DNA from: Ramazzottius varieornatus
Lineage: Eukaryota; Animalia; Tardigrada
Direction of reading: 5' to 3'
Assembly: GCA_001949185.1 (NCBI GenBank)
Contig: BDGG01000004.1
Location: 3,877,777-3,941,776 of the forward strand
Length of the DNA stretch: 64,000 nt
A program made the position numbers and the translations under genes. A model generated the notes under the pieces. The model did not search any database and was not told the origin of the DNA. It was given only the letters and a program-made list of their open reading frames with translations. This document shows, piece after piece, positions 12,687 to 25,526 of the stretch. How positions within the stretch are numbered: position 1 is the first letter of the stretch; every line of letters begins with the position of its first letter.

Positions 12687-15547
12687 ATGACGCAGAACAA
12701 GGACAACACGCCGCTCATTGGCATACCATCTGGGAATACCAGAGTTAGCGCGGCTCATAATAAGCCAGCTACAGCCGTCGCTCTCGACAGACCATCAACC
12801 AGCAAGCATGTTCCCAACGGAACTCCACAGACGGTAAGAGGGAGAACGATTACATTGCCACGCTGTTTGGTAAGAATGCTCTTGTTCTCTTTGTGTAGAA
12901 AGTGGTACCAGCTACGGCCCCAAAGTCAACGAATCCCGTCCATATAGAAGATCCTCTGTCCCAAGACGTCGTTCCCACCAGCTACATCGGTCGCGCCTTA
13001 CGATCCATCCGGGTAAGAGACGCCGATCATTACTCGATTTGAATACTATCAAGTTCCCCAAAAATTTAGTATTGCCTCGCTGCATGGCTGGCTGACCTTT
13101 CTTGGAAACGTTTCCCGTTCTCGCGAAATCTACAGGCCGTTAATGATCTTTTGCCGTCTTTTGAATTCAGCATCGAATGCGATGGTTCCGAGGGATAATG
13201 TTCGGGGACGACGAGGAAGGCAAGACTAATGCGCCACCTGCACCTCCATCTTTGAACAAAGACCCGAAGACTGACCCGAACTACCGAATTTGGGGAATGC
13301 GGTATGACAATTCGTTATATCTGGTCTAGTACTTCGTTTAAACATCAGCGTTTATGTTCCGGTCCTTCCCGTAGATTCCGTCCGGAATGGGTGATCGATC
13401 CCAGTTCCAACGCCTATTATCGCTGGCTTGCCATCCTGTCCATCGCCATTGTTTATAATACTGTGATCGTTGTGCCCAGGGCTGTTTTCGATGAGCTACA
13501 GGAAGGAGATTACGTCATTGCATGGTTCGTTCTGGATTACATTAGCGACGCCATGTACGTCGCTGACATGATCATCCATGTCATTACGGGTACGTTTCAA
13601 CTGGTCGTCAGTCTTGATCAACTACGGGTGTCTAAAATTCCTCTGGTATCGTCCCAGGCCATCTTGAGCAAGGTCTGCTAGTTCGCGAGCCCCGAAAACT
13701 CATTCGATCCTACTTCCGGAGTTTCACCAGCAAGCTCGACATCCTATCCATCTTGCCAACCGACATAGCCTTCATCTTCACTGGTATCAAGTCGCCGTAT
13801 CCTATTGTTCGCCTCAATCGGCTGCTACGCTTGCCACGCTTATCCGAGTTTGTCTACCGTACCGAAACAAGAACTAATTTCCCTAATGCTTTCCGCATTG
13901 CCAACCTAATCCTCACCATCATTGTCATCATCCACCTCAACGGTTGCGTCTATTACGCTATCAGCAAGAGCATCGGACTGGCATCGGATAACTGGGTTTA
14001 TCCAGGCGCGGCTTACTGGCGAATCGGCCCTAAGGAAGAACTTCACGGTCATATGAACGAAGAAGGTACGATAAAGATCCCTTCCACTAGCCAGAGAACA
14101 AACCAGTAAAACATTCAACTTGGTTTCAGCTCATCCTCACGGTGACGAATTCACCACCCATTCCCCCGCCCATTTCGCCTACTCAAACACTACTGAACTG
14201 GCTCTTCAAACTACGTCCGTCCGACCACATAGCAATTACGACGACCCTCTCATTCAGAAATACGTGTGGAGCTTTTACTGGTCTACATTAACACTTACCA
14301 CCATTGGTGAGGTCCCCGGTCCCGTCAAGGAGGTCGAGTACATCTTCGTTATCATGGACTTCCTGGTTGGAGTCCTCATCTTTGCCACCATCGTCGGTAA
14401 CGTTGGCAGTATGATCAGTAACATGAACGCTTCTCGAGTGGAGTTCCAGAATCGCATGGACGGTAAGAATCTACCATCGGAGAAAGTTGATCAGAATTAC
14501 AAAATGATTTTGCTTGTAGGAGTCAAGCAGTACATGGAATTCCGAAAAGTCGGAAAAGAACTGGAGAACCGAGTTATCAAATGGTTCGATTACCTGTGGT
14601 CGAACAAGCAGTCCCTTGATGAGGAGTCCGTCCTGTCTACTTTACCCGATAAACTGAAGGCCGAGATAGCCATGCATGTCCATCTCGACACGCTGAAACG
14701 CGTCAGCATCTTCCAAGATGTCGAACCTGGCTTGCTGGTGGAACTCGTCTTGAAACTGAAACTACAGGTGGGTCTCTTCTTAACATTGCAGAAGTGTGAA
14801 GGCGTTTACAGTATACAGACCAGAAGGCAAACTTTGTTTATGTAGGTCTTCAGTCCTGGTGATTACATCTGCCGGAAGGGCGACATCGGAAAGGAAATGT
14901 ACATTGTGAAGCGTGGACGATTGAGCGTTGTGGCGGACGACGGTGTTACCATCTTCGTAACGTTGAGCGATGGAAGTGTCTTCGGAGAGATCTCCATCTT
15001 GAACATCGTGGGGAACAAGACCGGAAACAGACGAACCGCTAACGTGCGCAGCATCGGCTACAGCGACCTCTTCTGCTTGTCAAAGGTTCGTTCGATCAAG
15101 CTCAGAACTGATTAGTAGTAACGACCGATTATTGTTTTACAGGATGACTTGTGGGATGCTCTGACCGAATACCCGGAAGCAAAGAAGAAGCTGATTGAGC
15201 GAGGTCGACAAATCTTGATGAAGGATGGCTTACTGGACGAAGAGGCAGTCCGAGAGGCGGAAAAGCGGCAACAGAATGTAGTGGACAAAATAGACCGACT
15301 GGAAACGGATGTTGATAATGTCCAGACGCGGTTCGCCCGACTCCTTGCAGAGTACTCTTCTTCCCAGCAGAAGCTGAAACAAAGAATAACAAAGTTGGAA
15401 GATAATTTACAGCGACGCCGTACACGAGCCCGCATCACGCCACTCAACAACAACGATGAGAAGACCGCGCCGAACAAGAAGGATTCCGCGGACGATCACA
15501 CAGAGCAGTCGGGCAACGAAAGCGGCGGGAAAGTCACACAAATTTGA
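12687..15547 (+). CDS. tax-4: Cyclic nucleotide-gated channel alpha subunit (TAX-4/CNGA-like)
   Basis: S4 [11 protein letters not shown], pore [17 protein letters not shown]-linker, [40 protein letters not shown]-terminal leucine zipper; canonical introns. Confidence 0.95.
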
Positions 15548-16294
15548 TAGAAAGCTTCTTCAAGAAAATTTTAAAGCTACAATTATATACCTGCTGTACA
15601 ATTCTCGTCTTGAATAGAAGGCCGCGTTTCTGCATCTTGCACAAAGCTTTCCCAATCCAAACTTGCACATTCGTTGTTCTGGCCATTACCCAAGCGACAG
15701 ACCTCCACGCTTCTTTTTCCAATAAATCCATCGTTTCTCCGTACCATATCCCAATTTGAATCCTAGTCAGAGTCAGGTGACTGCGATGGGTGACGAGCCG
15801 GAGTGGTTTGGAAATTTTTGAGAAGGACTGCATGGAGGAGTACAAAAGTCTGCAGAGTGCAGACCCGCCAGACAGTATCCGTGGTGTCCAAAGGTCAAAA
15901 CTTACCCTAAGGGGTGCAAAGCAAGTACAGGCGGACCCAGGGCAGAGCTTATCAGCACTCCGGTGGTCAGGGCTGTTTGGCCATCAGATTTTCCAAAACT
16001 TGGATCATTTTTTTCAAAGGATCACTTCGTGAAGGCCGCCGTTTCCGATTTGTCCCTTTGAATCTCGTTTTGGATTTCGGACCTGAACACTGAAATTGTT
16101 GAGTTCTTCACCCGTTGTGGATCGGACATTGCCGTCGGGACTCTCGCTGAGGAGAAGCAGGTGCGTCCAGGTAGGCCTTAAATTACAAAATGGTCGCTTC
16201 GGTTGTGGACTTTCTATATTCTTCGCAAATGACTCGTACTCAGTCGCATTGCAGGGGTTTTACGAAGAGCTCATTGGATACGGATCTTCACGAC

Positions 16295-18819
16295 ATGTCT
16301 AGCGAAAGCAGCGCCACTGCTACCGCAGTATCACCTACAGCAACACAACCTGCTACTCCTGCGCCAGTGACTCAGGACACCACAGCTGCTGCTCCGGACG
16401 CAGTGACTCCAATCATGATCAAGCTAGAGAGTGCTCATTCGGAAACTTCGATACTTGCTCCGGAGAAGATATCCATGAGTTCGACCGCTGGCTTGTCGTC
16501 GGACGCGGCTGAAACTGCACCCGAACCTTCGCTGCAGCCCGTCAGCGCGACTTCCACCGTGTCCAACTCACCGTCAAAGCCCAAAGCCGATGCACTACCC
16601 ACCTCTTCGGAATCCCTAGCTGCTGTGGCAGTTCCAGGTCAGCAGTATGTCGTTATGCTTCAGTCTGATCCGTCTGGAAAGCTTGTAGGAACACTGCCCC
16701 CAGGTTCGTCTGGCTGATCGTGGTTGAGAGATGGAAATTACTCTTGCTATATAAGTCGATTGATTTGGCCACATTGATTAAACGAGCTTAAATGACTTAA
16801 TGATGGAATCTTTCCTTTAGGTTTCACGGCCGCTAGCGGAGCAGTAGTTCGTCCGAACATCACGCTGAAACGAGGGGCGAGCAAAACGATGCTGGCCACC
16901 ACGGGTCCGAGTCAATCCAGCATCTCGAAGCCCATGATGATCGCAAAGCCTGCTGGTAGGCTTCTGCAAGTTCTACTTGCTGGAGCAGAAATATCACGTA
17001 CACTAGTTCTTTTTTTGAGTCTCATCTTTCGTTTTCTTCCAGCGCCTACGCCGCGTCCTGTCCTTAGCGGAACAAGCCAAGCTGTCAAGACGGTTACTGT
17101 TCCGTCTGTGGTCACTTCCAGCGGCGTCATCCCCGGCGTGACACAAGTCTTCTTGCCAGCAGTTTCCTCCACTGGTCCTTCCATCGCTGCCCCTTCCAGG
17201 TTCGTAGATAAAATACAAATGCCGAATGGAGTTCTGTAAAAAATCAGACCAAAAACTATTTACTCTTCCTTAGTGCTTCCGGACCTTCACCAAACGCCAT
17301 GGGCGCCTCGGCTGCCACAGTGAAGCCACCTGTTAGGGCCAACACAGTGGTCAAGACTAAACCTTCCGCTGCAGCCGCTACCGTCGCAAACGGCGCGACG
17401 AACGCTGCTTCCGCTTCCAGCGTGAACGGTGCTGCTCGAAGTGTCACAATCAAGACAGGCGTCATGTCGAATGGCGCTGGTGGTGGTATCGGTACGGGTA
17501 TAGTGAAGAAGGTCGCTTCCAAGAGCGCGACCACCATCATTCCGACCAAGACTGGAATGAAGACGGCGGGTGGGCACACTGTAACGGCCAAGGTTTTGAA
17601 TAAGCCTTTGACATCTTATGATAAGGCACTGCAACAGAAACGGGCACTGTCAGAGAGCGTGACGAAGTTTAGGAAGGTAGAGAAGGCGATGCTAGCTGGA
17701 CGTCCGGACCAATCTACGCCGTTCACATATGCCGAGATCTTCCATCACGCTGCCGTGTCGTTCTCAAGGATGGCGTCTCTAACTACGCATGTATCACTGG
17801 AAAGCCAGACTTCCATAGAACAACGACGATGGACGCCCGAGCTGATCAATAAGTTTGTTAGTTCAATCAACACCTTCGCGACTTCACTGAAAGAGGTACG
17901 AACATGGTAGAGCATTTTTCTGGATCGTTTTCTTAGGTGGCGTACTATCCCAGGTTAACTGGCCGCTGGCATGCGCCACTTTGAAGAAAAAAATCTGGTC
18001 GAGTTTGTCTAAAATCTGTTGTGGGTTTCAGGTGGGAGATGAACTGAAGAAGAAGCACGAACAGCAAATCGTGACCAACTTAAAGCGTAAAGCCGAGACA
18101 GAGATGGCGAACGCGAAGAAGTCAGCCACACTCAACACCACGCAAGAGGGAACTGGTCCGAAGACCACTCCGAATGTGATGAATAGTTTCCTCTCTTCCG
18201 TCGTGAGTGCAGCCACAAAGACCACCGACAAGGAGACTGAAGAAGCTTCCAAGCACCCACTGAGCACGGCCACCACCCTCGGCCATAAGCCTGCCGAACC
18301 CGTCAACGGGACAAATATCAAGCCTTCTCCAGCAACTTCCACGGTACCAACAGTTCCCGCGGAAGCAAGGGCGCCTTCGGTTGGAGGGGCAGGCACACCG
18401 ACTGCTGAGGTGCAGAGCGGGAAACCGGCACCTGAAAGCACAAGTTATGTTTCCTCGGAAGCTGCCACTAAGAGTACCGTTAACGTGACGGCACCGTCGA
18501 CTTCGACCGATGGTACATCTTCTGCTGCTGAGGCTGGTGTGAACGTACCAGTAGATACTTCACAGGCAGGTGATGCTGATGCGGGAAATCTGACGGAACC
18601 TTCGGTTGAAGGTGGCTCGCGGTCTGTCGAACCTGCAGTACCGCAACCTAGTCGCTCTACAGATACCATACCGAAAGGTAATCAACGTTGAAATTAAACT
18701 TCCAATTTTGCAAGTAATGAGTTTATTTCGCTCATTTAAGCGATGTTTGTTTTGCAGAACAAGACATTGAAATGCCGGACGCTTCGGCGATGCCGATTGT
18801 ACCTGTTACCTCGACATGA
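16295..18819 (+). CDS. Orphan Ser/Thr/Ala/Pro-rich, largely disordered protein with a short central helical segment
   Basis: Consecutive long ORFs (16190-16717, 16889-17239, 17299-17910, 17981-18691) joined by GT-AG introns; final exon EQDIEMPDASAMPIVPVTST*. No recognisable domain. Confidence 0.7.
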
Positions 18820-19393
18820 TTCTCTGATGCGATTTACATCTCTCTGAAGGTATACAATTGTGGACGATGATTTGTTGGAGTTCATCTTTGTTGACAAGAA
18901 GGACATCTTGCATTGCAGTATACGAATGGTAGTAAATGAGCAATGGGCAGAGTAGACCAGTAAGGCGTGGCTAGTTTGAGAAGTATGGAGCGGCAACGAA
19001 ATGAAAATTGCCTTTAATCGACCAATCAAGATTTTCGAAGTTAGAGATTCTATGCCTTCATTGGTTATCTGGGGATATTCTTTGATTTCATGCCCCGCTT
19101 CATATGATGTCACCTGGCCGCGCCTTACTGATCTACTCTGCCCACTGCTCAAATTTTATTTGAATTATCAAATCTTTCTGCAGTAGAACTGTTACTTTGG
19201 TAAACGCGATTAAAACCTTTTTACGCAGTATACAGATCAGTATGTAACTGAACTCCGGCAAAGTAAAACAGGAAAGAAAAACAGTCAAACACCTGTTGCA
19301 ACTTAATTGTACCCGGCTTGAAAATATCACAGCGAGGAGAGAATCAGCAACTTGAAACTGAATTCGCACGAAAAAATTCATCAGATGAGAACG

Positions 19394-21981
19394 CTATTTT
19401 GACAAATTCAGCACCTCGCTCAAGTCGAAAGGGGGAATCATGTTTCGGGAATTTCCCATTATGAAGGGAGTGGAAGTAACTGGTCGCCCTCGGCGGTTTC
19501 CACCTCTGGCTGCATTGCTGTGAGGAGCGTTGGGATGCTGAGCTGAATACAACTGGCCGAAGAGGCGTTCGTTAGAGCTCGAACTGGAGCTTTCTTTCTC
19601 GGACATCTTAACCACTTCGTCCAACACAGTGTCTATCTTTTTCACTAAGGAAGTCACTCTAGAGTTTTTGACCATCAATCGTGCGCTGGCCTGGGTCGCT
19701 GCATCTTTCAACACAGTCAGATCGGGCAATACAACGCCGGGAACTTCTGGCGGTCCGGTACATTCAAGAAAGGCCGCACTCTGAACCAAGCTCGCCTAGA
19801 AAACGAGAAATTGAAATAACAGAGTGAGAGCTCCGCAGACGAAGTTGGCAGAATTGTTTTCCCAAATGACACACGTTCTTTGTGTTATTGGCCAGAAGCG
19901 TGTGCCACTTAAGAAAACTATCTGGCCGATGGTTTTTAGGTCCCAAATACCGTAGGAACGAATGAACAGAGTCACGAAGATTCTCACCTGTACAGCTGCT
20001 GTATCGACGAAAGAATTGGCCGTCAACTGCAGCGCTCGAGCAGATTCTTGATGGACGAAGTTCTGCACATCTTGGTAGTGACTTTCAACAGACTGACGGA
20101 CAGTCTTGGCCTCCTTCAGCTTTACCGGCAACTCGATGGCCAGGACCGCTTGGTTCTTTTCCGCGAGCACTTCCGAATGTCCGATGAAGCTGTTCATGAA
20201 AGCCCAACCGTTCTCCAATTTCGCGTGCAGTTCTTTCTGGAAACGAGAACTTCAACACGACTTCGAAAGAACATCATCGTGACTTCGACGAAACGAGTCT
20301 AGAGTTGCTCGTACACGTACCACTTTGGCTTCGAGCTGTGTCTCCGACAGAGCGCAATAAGGGATCTCAAAGCCGGTCGCAGGATCTATTTGGGAAGGAA
20401 CTTCAGCCGCTTCTCGTGCTTCGCGCTCTGCGGCAAATCTTTTGAAGATTATGTCACAAAATTCTCTCTTGGCAGCCGCCGCTATCAGCTCCATTCCGTG
20501 TTCCAGACGCATGCTATAGCACACAACGCCTCGACTGTAGTCCTAGTTACCGTATCAACGTGCGTACAACAGAAATGGTTTCGTACCCAAACGATATCTT
20601 GTTCAGCTGATTCACAATTTTCTCGCGATCTTTGATGGCACGTTCCTTTAGTGACTTCAGCTCTTCGTCAAGCGTCTTGGACTTGGCTCGCTGATGTCCT
20701 ACTGCTGCCAGCGACTCATCATACAGGGAACCTGCAGCCAGCGTGGCTGAGAGATAATCTTGCACCGAAGTTTGCGATGCACTAAAAAGCAAAATTGCCG
20801 CTCAGTCGACCAGTATTGACTATTCGGTAATCATACTAGGAAGTGGAAAGTGGTTTATCGGCAATCAGGTCACGTACCTTATCAGGGCTCCGATTTTTTC
20901 TTTCATAATGGTTAGTTGCGGCTGATTCAGCTGAAGGAGAACCTGTTGGACGAACGAATGCAAGGGAAACCCTCCTTCCAAGAGCTTCTTGGACCGGAAG
21001 TCAATTCGGGACTGCACGACTTTGCTGAATAAAGAGAAGAACGTTAAAAAGAAAGTTCTAGTTCTGATCATCACCCTCTCAGCTGCTTACAGCTCCTTTT
21101 CCCGCTTAGTAATGGACGTGTTGGGATCGTCTGAGTTGCGTTGCCTCAAAGCTTCTCGTTCGGTAATTACATCCTTCAAAGCGGCAAAGTTTGGTCCAAA
21201 GTCTCCTCCGATAACCACGGCAGAGTTTTCCATTTCGTTCCTACGGTGAAAATATCCCAGCGTAAGCACTTCTAAGACGAATCCACGTTACGAAGTGCAT
21301 CCTTGCGCGCAGGTATGAGAGTGCCTACTTTTGTTTCGCTACAACCCAGTCCGTACTCGTGCAGAAAATATCCTCCACTTCCCTTATTTTGAACTTCGAC
21401 TGATCCACTTCAACCTGTACCGTTCGTTCGAGCTGCTCATAGAATGGCACACTTATGGAAGAAGTCGGTGGTAGGAGAGTATCCGAATCTAGATCAAAAG
21501 ACACAGGTGTAGAAACTGGAAGAACAAAGCTTGGCTTGCACTTGCAAAGTTTTATATTTCAGACAGCGGGTGCGATACCTTGGGATTGCTTGTTCTGCTC
21601 CCTTTCCTCCAGCGTTTTAGTAACGGCACGGCAGAATGACAGAGCTTCGATTTCGTGGTTGACTTGTCTCTTAATTTCTTCTACCGTTTGAAGTTTCTCC
21701 GGGATCTGAATCTTCGATGCAACAGACGTGAACTTTCCAGCTTTCTTCGGTGCAGCCTGCTTTCCTTTCAGCGTTCTCTCCAGCAGATCAGCAATCCTTG
21801 CTCCATCTGGTATTCCTCGAAATCTGCGTACAGCGAAACAACGATGCTATTTCCGAATAGTCGATCCGCTACTAGTGCTCATGAATATCTGCAGGACTTC
21901 GAAAACATACCTTGCAATGATGGCCTCTCTCTGCGCCACTGATAAATTGTTGGAGTCGAAACCCATCGAGCATGAAGACAT
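19394..21981 (-). CDS. Uncharacterised coiled-coil/helical protein, multi-exon
   Basis: The first exons splice in frame by hand from MSSCSMGFDSNNLSVAQREAIIAR|FRGIPDGARIADLL; later ORFs 21087-21269, 20547-20792, 20252-20524, 19796-20218 and 19394-19789 are heptad-like E/K/L/A-rich and flanked by splice sites. Confidence 0.65.
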
Positions 21982-22119
21982 CTTTGCAGGGCTGTCTTTT
22001 GTTGTGTTGACGGTAGGCCTCCGGATCTATCGTGGAACAAGATTCAGGAGCCACGAACGAGAACTTGGATCCGGACTGTCGAGGATAAACTTGGGAAAAT
22101 TGATGAAGATACCAACAAG

Positions 22120-22745
22120 TACGAGGTAAAACTAGCGGACTTGTCCGCNNNNNNNNNNNNNNNNNNNNNNNNNNNNNNNNNNNNNNNNNNNNNNNNNNNN
22201 NNNNNNNNNNNNNNNNNNNNNNNNNNNNNNNNNNNNNNNNNNNNNNNNNNNNNNNNNNNNNNNNNNNNNNNNNNNNNNNNNNNNNNNNNNNNNNNNNNNN
22301 NNNNNNNNNNNNNNNNNNNNNNNNNNNNNNNNNNNNNNNNNNNNNNNNNNNNNNNNNNNNNNNNNNNNNNNNNNNNNNNNNNNNNNNNNNNNNNNNNNNN
22401 NNNNNNNNNNNNNNNNNNNNNNNNNNNNNNNNNNNNNNNNNNNNNNNNNNNNNNNNNNNNNNNNNNNNNNNNNNNNNNNNNNNNNNNNNNNNNNNNNNNN
22501 NNNNNNNNNNNNNNNNNNNNNNNNNNNNNNNNNNNNNNNNNNNNNNNNNNNNNNNNNNNNNNNNNNNNNNNNNNNNNNNNNNNNNNNNNNNNNNNNNNNN
22601 NNNNNNNNNNNNNNNNNNNNNNNNNNNNNNNNNNNNNNNNNNNNNNNNNNNNNNNNNNNNNNNNNNNNNNNNNNNNNNNNNNNNNNNNNNNNNNNNNNNN
22701 NNNNNNNNNATTTCACGCGGACAAGTCCGCTAGTTTTACCTCGTA
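22120..22745. mobile_element. Tc1/mariner-type DNA transposon or MITE spanning the assembly gap
   Basis: Perfect 29-nt inverted repeats TACGAGGTAAAACTAGCGGACTTGTCCGC (22120-22148) and its reverse complement (22717-22745), with TA at both outer ends; the interior is Ns. Confidence 0.65.
22149..22709. other. Assembly gap (561 N)
   Basis: Run of N. Confidence 1.
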
Positions 22746-23592
22746 TAAAGAACATTAAGAAAGTAAACAGAGCGAGAATTTATGGTGAACTGGCCGCCTT
22801 CGGCAGAACTCAGGACAGATCGGTCGGGCGCCTCGGTTCCCCGTACCGCGTCGCCCGATGAGAATCTTCGGCCCATCGTGAGCCTTACCCGGCTAGCTCG
22901 GTCTTGGAGCAAGATTCGCATTTCGCAACCCGTCTTTCCGACAAGTTGGATGTCTTATTTAATTTTATTAATTTTGACTGGAGAATAGACCTGTTTCGCA
23001 AGTCACGTTTCGGCTCTGAATAGAATAGAATCTTATGATTTCAAACTGTTGTCAGTTTCTGTGCAGAAACCGTTTCGCGGTTTGCTCACTTCCGGCACAG
23101 AATATTAGCATAAAGGAATATTAGGCCGCGCGAGTTCAGCAGGGCATCGGAATTCGCGGGGCCTGTCATTTAGCCCTCTACTGGATAAAGCCCGGACTTC
23201 TTTCGCTTTTTCTGGCGATAGTTTCGGGAAGACAATTGTCTCTTCCTAACTTCAATACTAGTTTCGGTCGAAAAAATGATGGATTTCGAGAAGGAACGAG
23301 AGCGGAAGTCAAGTGGTGCAATGTGGGAGAGGCGTGTAGCTCGGATCACTTGACGCGCCAAGTCCAATTCGTTGATTGGCCTGATCACGCTCCACTCCAC
23401 CAAAATTTAAAAGTTCGACCAAAGTGGTCAATAGTACAATCAACTCAGCTTGCACAGAATTTCAAATTCTTTGCAGCGATACTAGGCAAAACATAGTAAG
23501 CAATGGATAACTGCACAGCATAAAACCTATACTTATGCTGTGCAAACCGAAAGCATGACGTGCGAAACAGGTCCAATGAGAATCTCGTAGTA

Positions 23593-23756
23593 CACGGGCC
23601 TGGCCTAAATATGGGGATGGACAAAAATATGGGGAACGGAGCGAAAGCGACACGGGCCAGCTAAGGTTGACCAATCAGCTAAATCAATCGAAGCACAGTC
23701 GCTTTCGTTCCGTTCCCCATAGTTTTGTCCATCCCCATATTTAGGCCAGGCGGGTG
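23593..23756. mobile_element. Tc1/mariner-like MITE (164 bp, 59-bp TIRs, TA target duplication)
   Basis: TA-CACGGGCCTGGCCTAAATATGGGGATGGACAAAAATATGGGGAACGGAGCGAAAGCGAC matches the reverse complement of the right end with 4 mismatches, followed by TA. Confidence 0.8.
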
Positions 23757-24149
23757 TACCAGTAATCACGGACGTTGTCGGACGATGTCCAGCGGCTCGA
23801 CCATCATTTTTCTGAATTAACACTTGTTAAACAGGCTGGACCTATCGCAGACAAGGCAACACATGTTTTTGCGAGTTCTGATCCCGGGAGAATGCAATGA
23901 TGGTTTCCGTATGACTGAAAGGATTGATTGCGCGTAACAGCCAGTGGGATACGGAAGCGTTAGTTGAGCCTCAAGAAAAAACAGTTCTACCAGAAAATTG
24001 TGTAAAGATACACGTAAAGAAGCTAAGATTTTCAAAGGGAAGAAGAACTGAGTTATGTTCATTGTATACTAATGCCGACCGCTACTTGCGTTAGAAACTT
24101 ATCACGTAAACATTAGACATCATAAAAGGTCAGAAAAAATCAACAACCC

Positions 24150-25526
24150 TCATGCAGTGGTGGCAGGAAAAATGTCCCTGAGTATTTCTTTCGTGCTGGG
24201 CGGAAGCACATCTGGGAACACAATGTCAAACTTGATGATCAAGTCGCCGCGTTTGCCTGGTTGCTTCGGAAGTGGCAAGCCTTTTCCGGGCACACGCTTC
24301 TGTGTGTGAGGCTTCGTGACATCCACTAGGTTCAAGGGGATCTTTGGACCGTCTAGCGTCGGTATTTGAAGTGTAGTTCCACAAAGTGCCTAGCGCAGAA
24401 AGCAAGACCCAGATGACGAACACACGTTACATAACGATCCTGTTCTTGCTAGACTTGTAAGAACAGTAATTTGACACTTACATCACGAAGGGGAAGTTTC
24501 ACTGTATGAATAATTTCACTTCCATCGCGCTTAAAGAGCGGATGGGGCTTGTCACGGATGACGAAGACGACGTCAGCGGGGACACTACCAGACAGTCGAT
24601 CACCTTCTTTGGGAAATGTCACTTTGGTCCCAGCTTTCCAGCCGGGCTTGACATCGATGGTGAGCACTTTGTCTTCTTTGGTCATTTGGCCATTGGCATC
24701 CACAATTTTCCGCGATATCTTCATCTTCTTGGTGCATCCGTTCAGGATGTCCTCCAGAGCAACTTGTAGATCGTGCTGTATTGGAGCATCTTGTCGACGG
24801 GACTGTCCGGCACTGGCCCCCCGCATCCCCCTCATTCCCCCCATACCTGGGAATCCAAAGCTTCCCATGCCACCCGCATCTTCCATCTCAACGTCATCTA
24901 CAACCAAAAAGCACAAACTGACCCAGAGAGACGGTATCAATTGTTCCAAATGTCAGATGACAAGCACACAAAAAACAGCACACCAAAGTGGTGCTCTACG
25001 TCAGATTCACAACAGGGCTGGCCGTTTGCCAATGGCCCAATGTACATATCGCGCCTATAGCGATCGTGACGTCACAAGCCAGCAGTGTCAACATACAACC
25101 GTGAATATAATACCGTTTGTTAATTAGACGTTACTCACCGTGTCCCGCAAAACGAAAGCCTCCTGGCCCTCCACCTCGTCCACCGCCGAAGAAAGCAGCA
25201 AAAGGATCTTCACCACCAAAAAAGGCAGCAAATGTGGCTCGAGGATCGCCGTGGAATTGGTACTGGGCACCTCCACCGGCTCCATCAGGACCACCTCCCG
25301 CCCCTCCTTTCAATCCTTCTTCGCCATATTTATCGTAAATCTCTCGTTTTTTTGAATCGCTCAGGACCTCATACGCTTCAGCAACTTCTTTAAACTTGGC
25401 TTCTGCTCCAGGATCCTTGTTCTTGTCGGGATGGTATTTTAGAGCCATTTTTCGATAAGCTTTCTTGATGTCATCGTCGGAGCTGCCTTTAGAGACTCCA
25501 AGAATCTTGTAAAAGTCCTTTCCCAT
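24150..25526 (-). CDS. DNAJB4: Hsp40 co-chaperone, DNAJB1/4/5 class (3 coding exons)
   Basis: [11 protein letters not shown]-domain HPD, G/F-rich region, C-terminal [35 protein letters not shown]. Paralog assignment is tentative. Confidence 0.95.

Noticed and set aside
22132-22758. Long ORFs on both strands
   Set aside because: Artefacts of the N gap.
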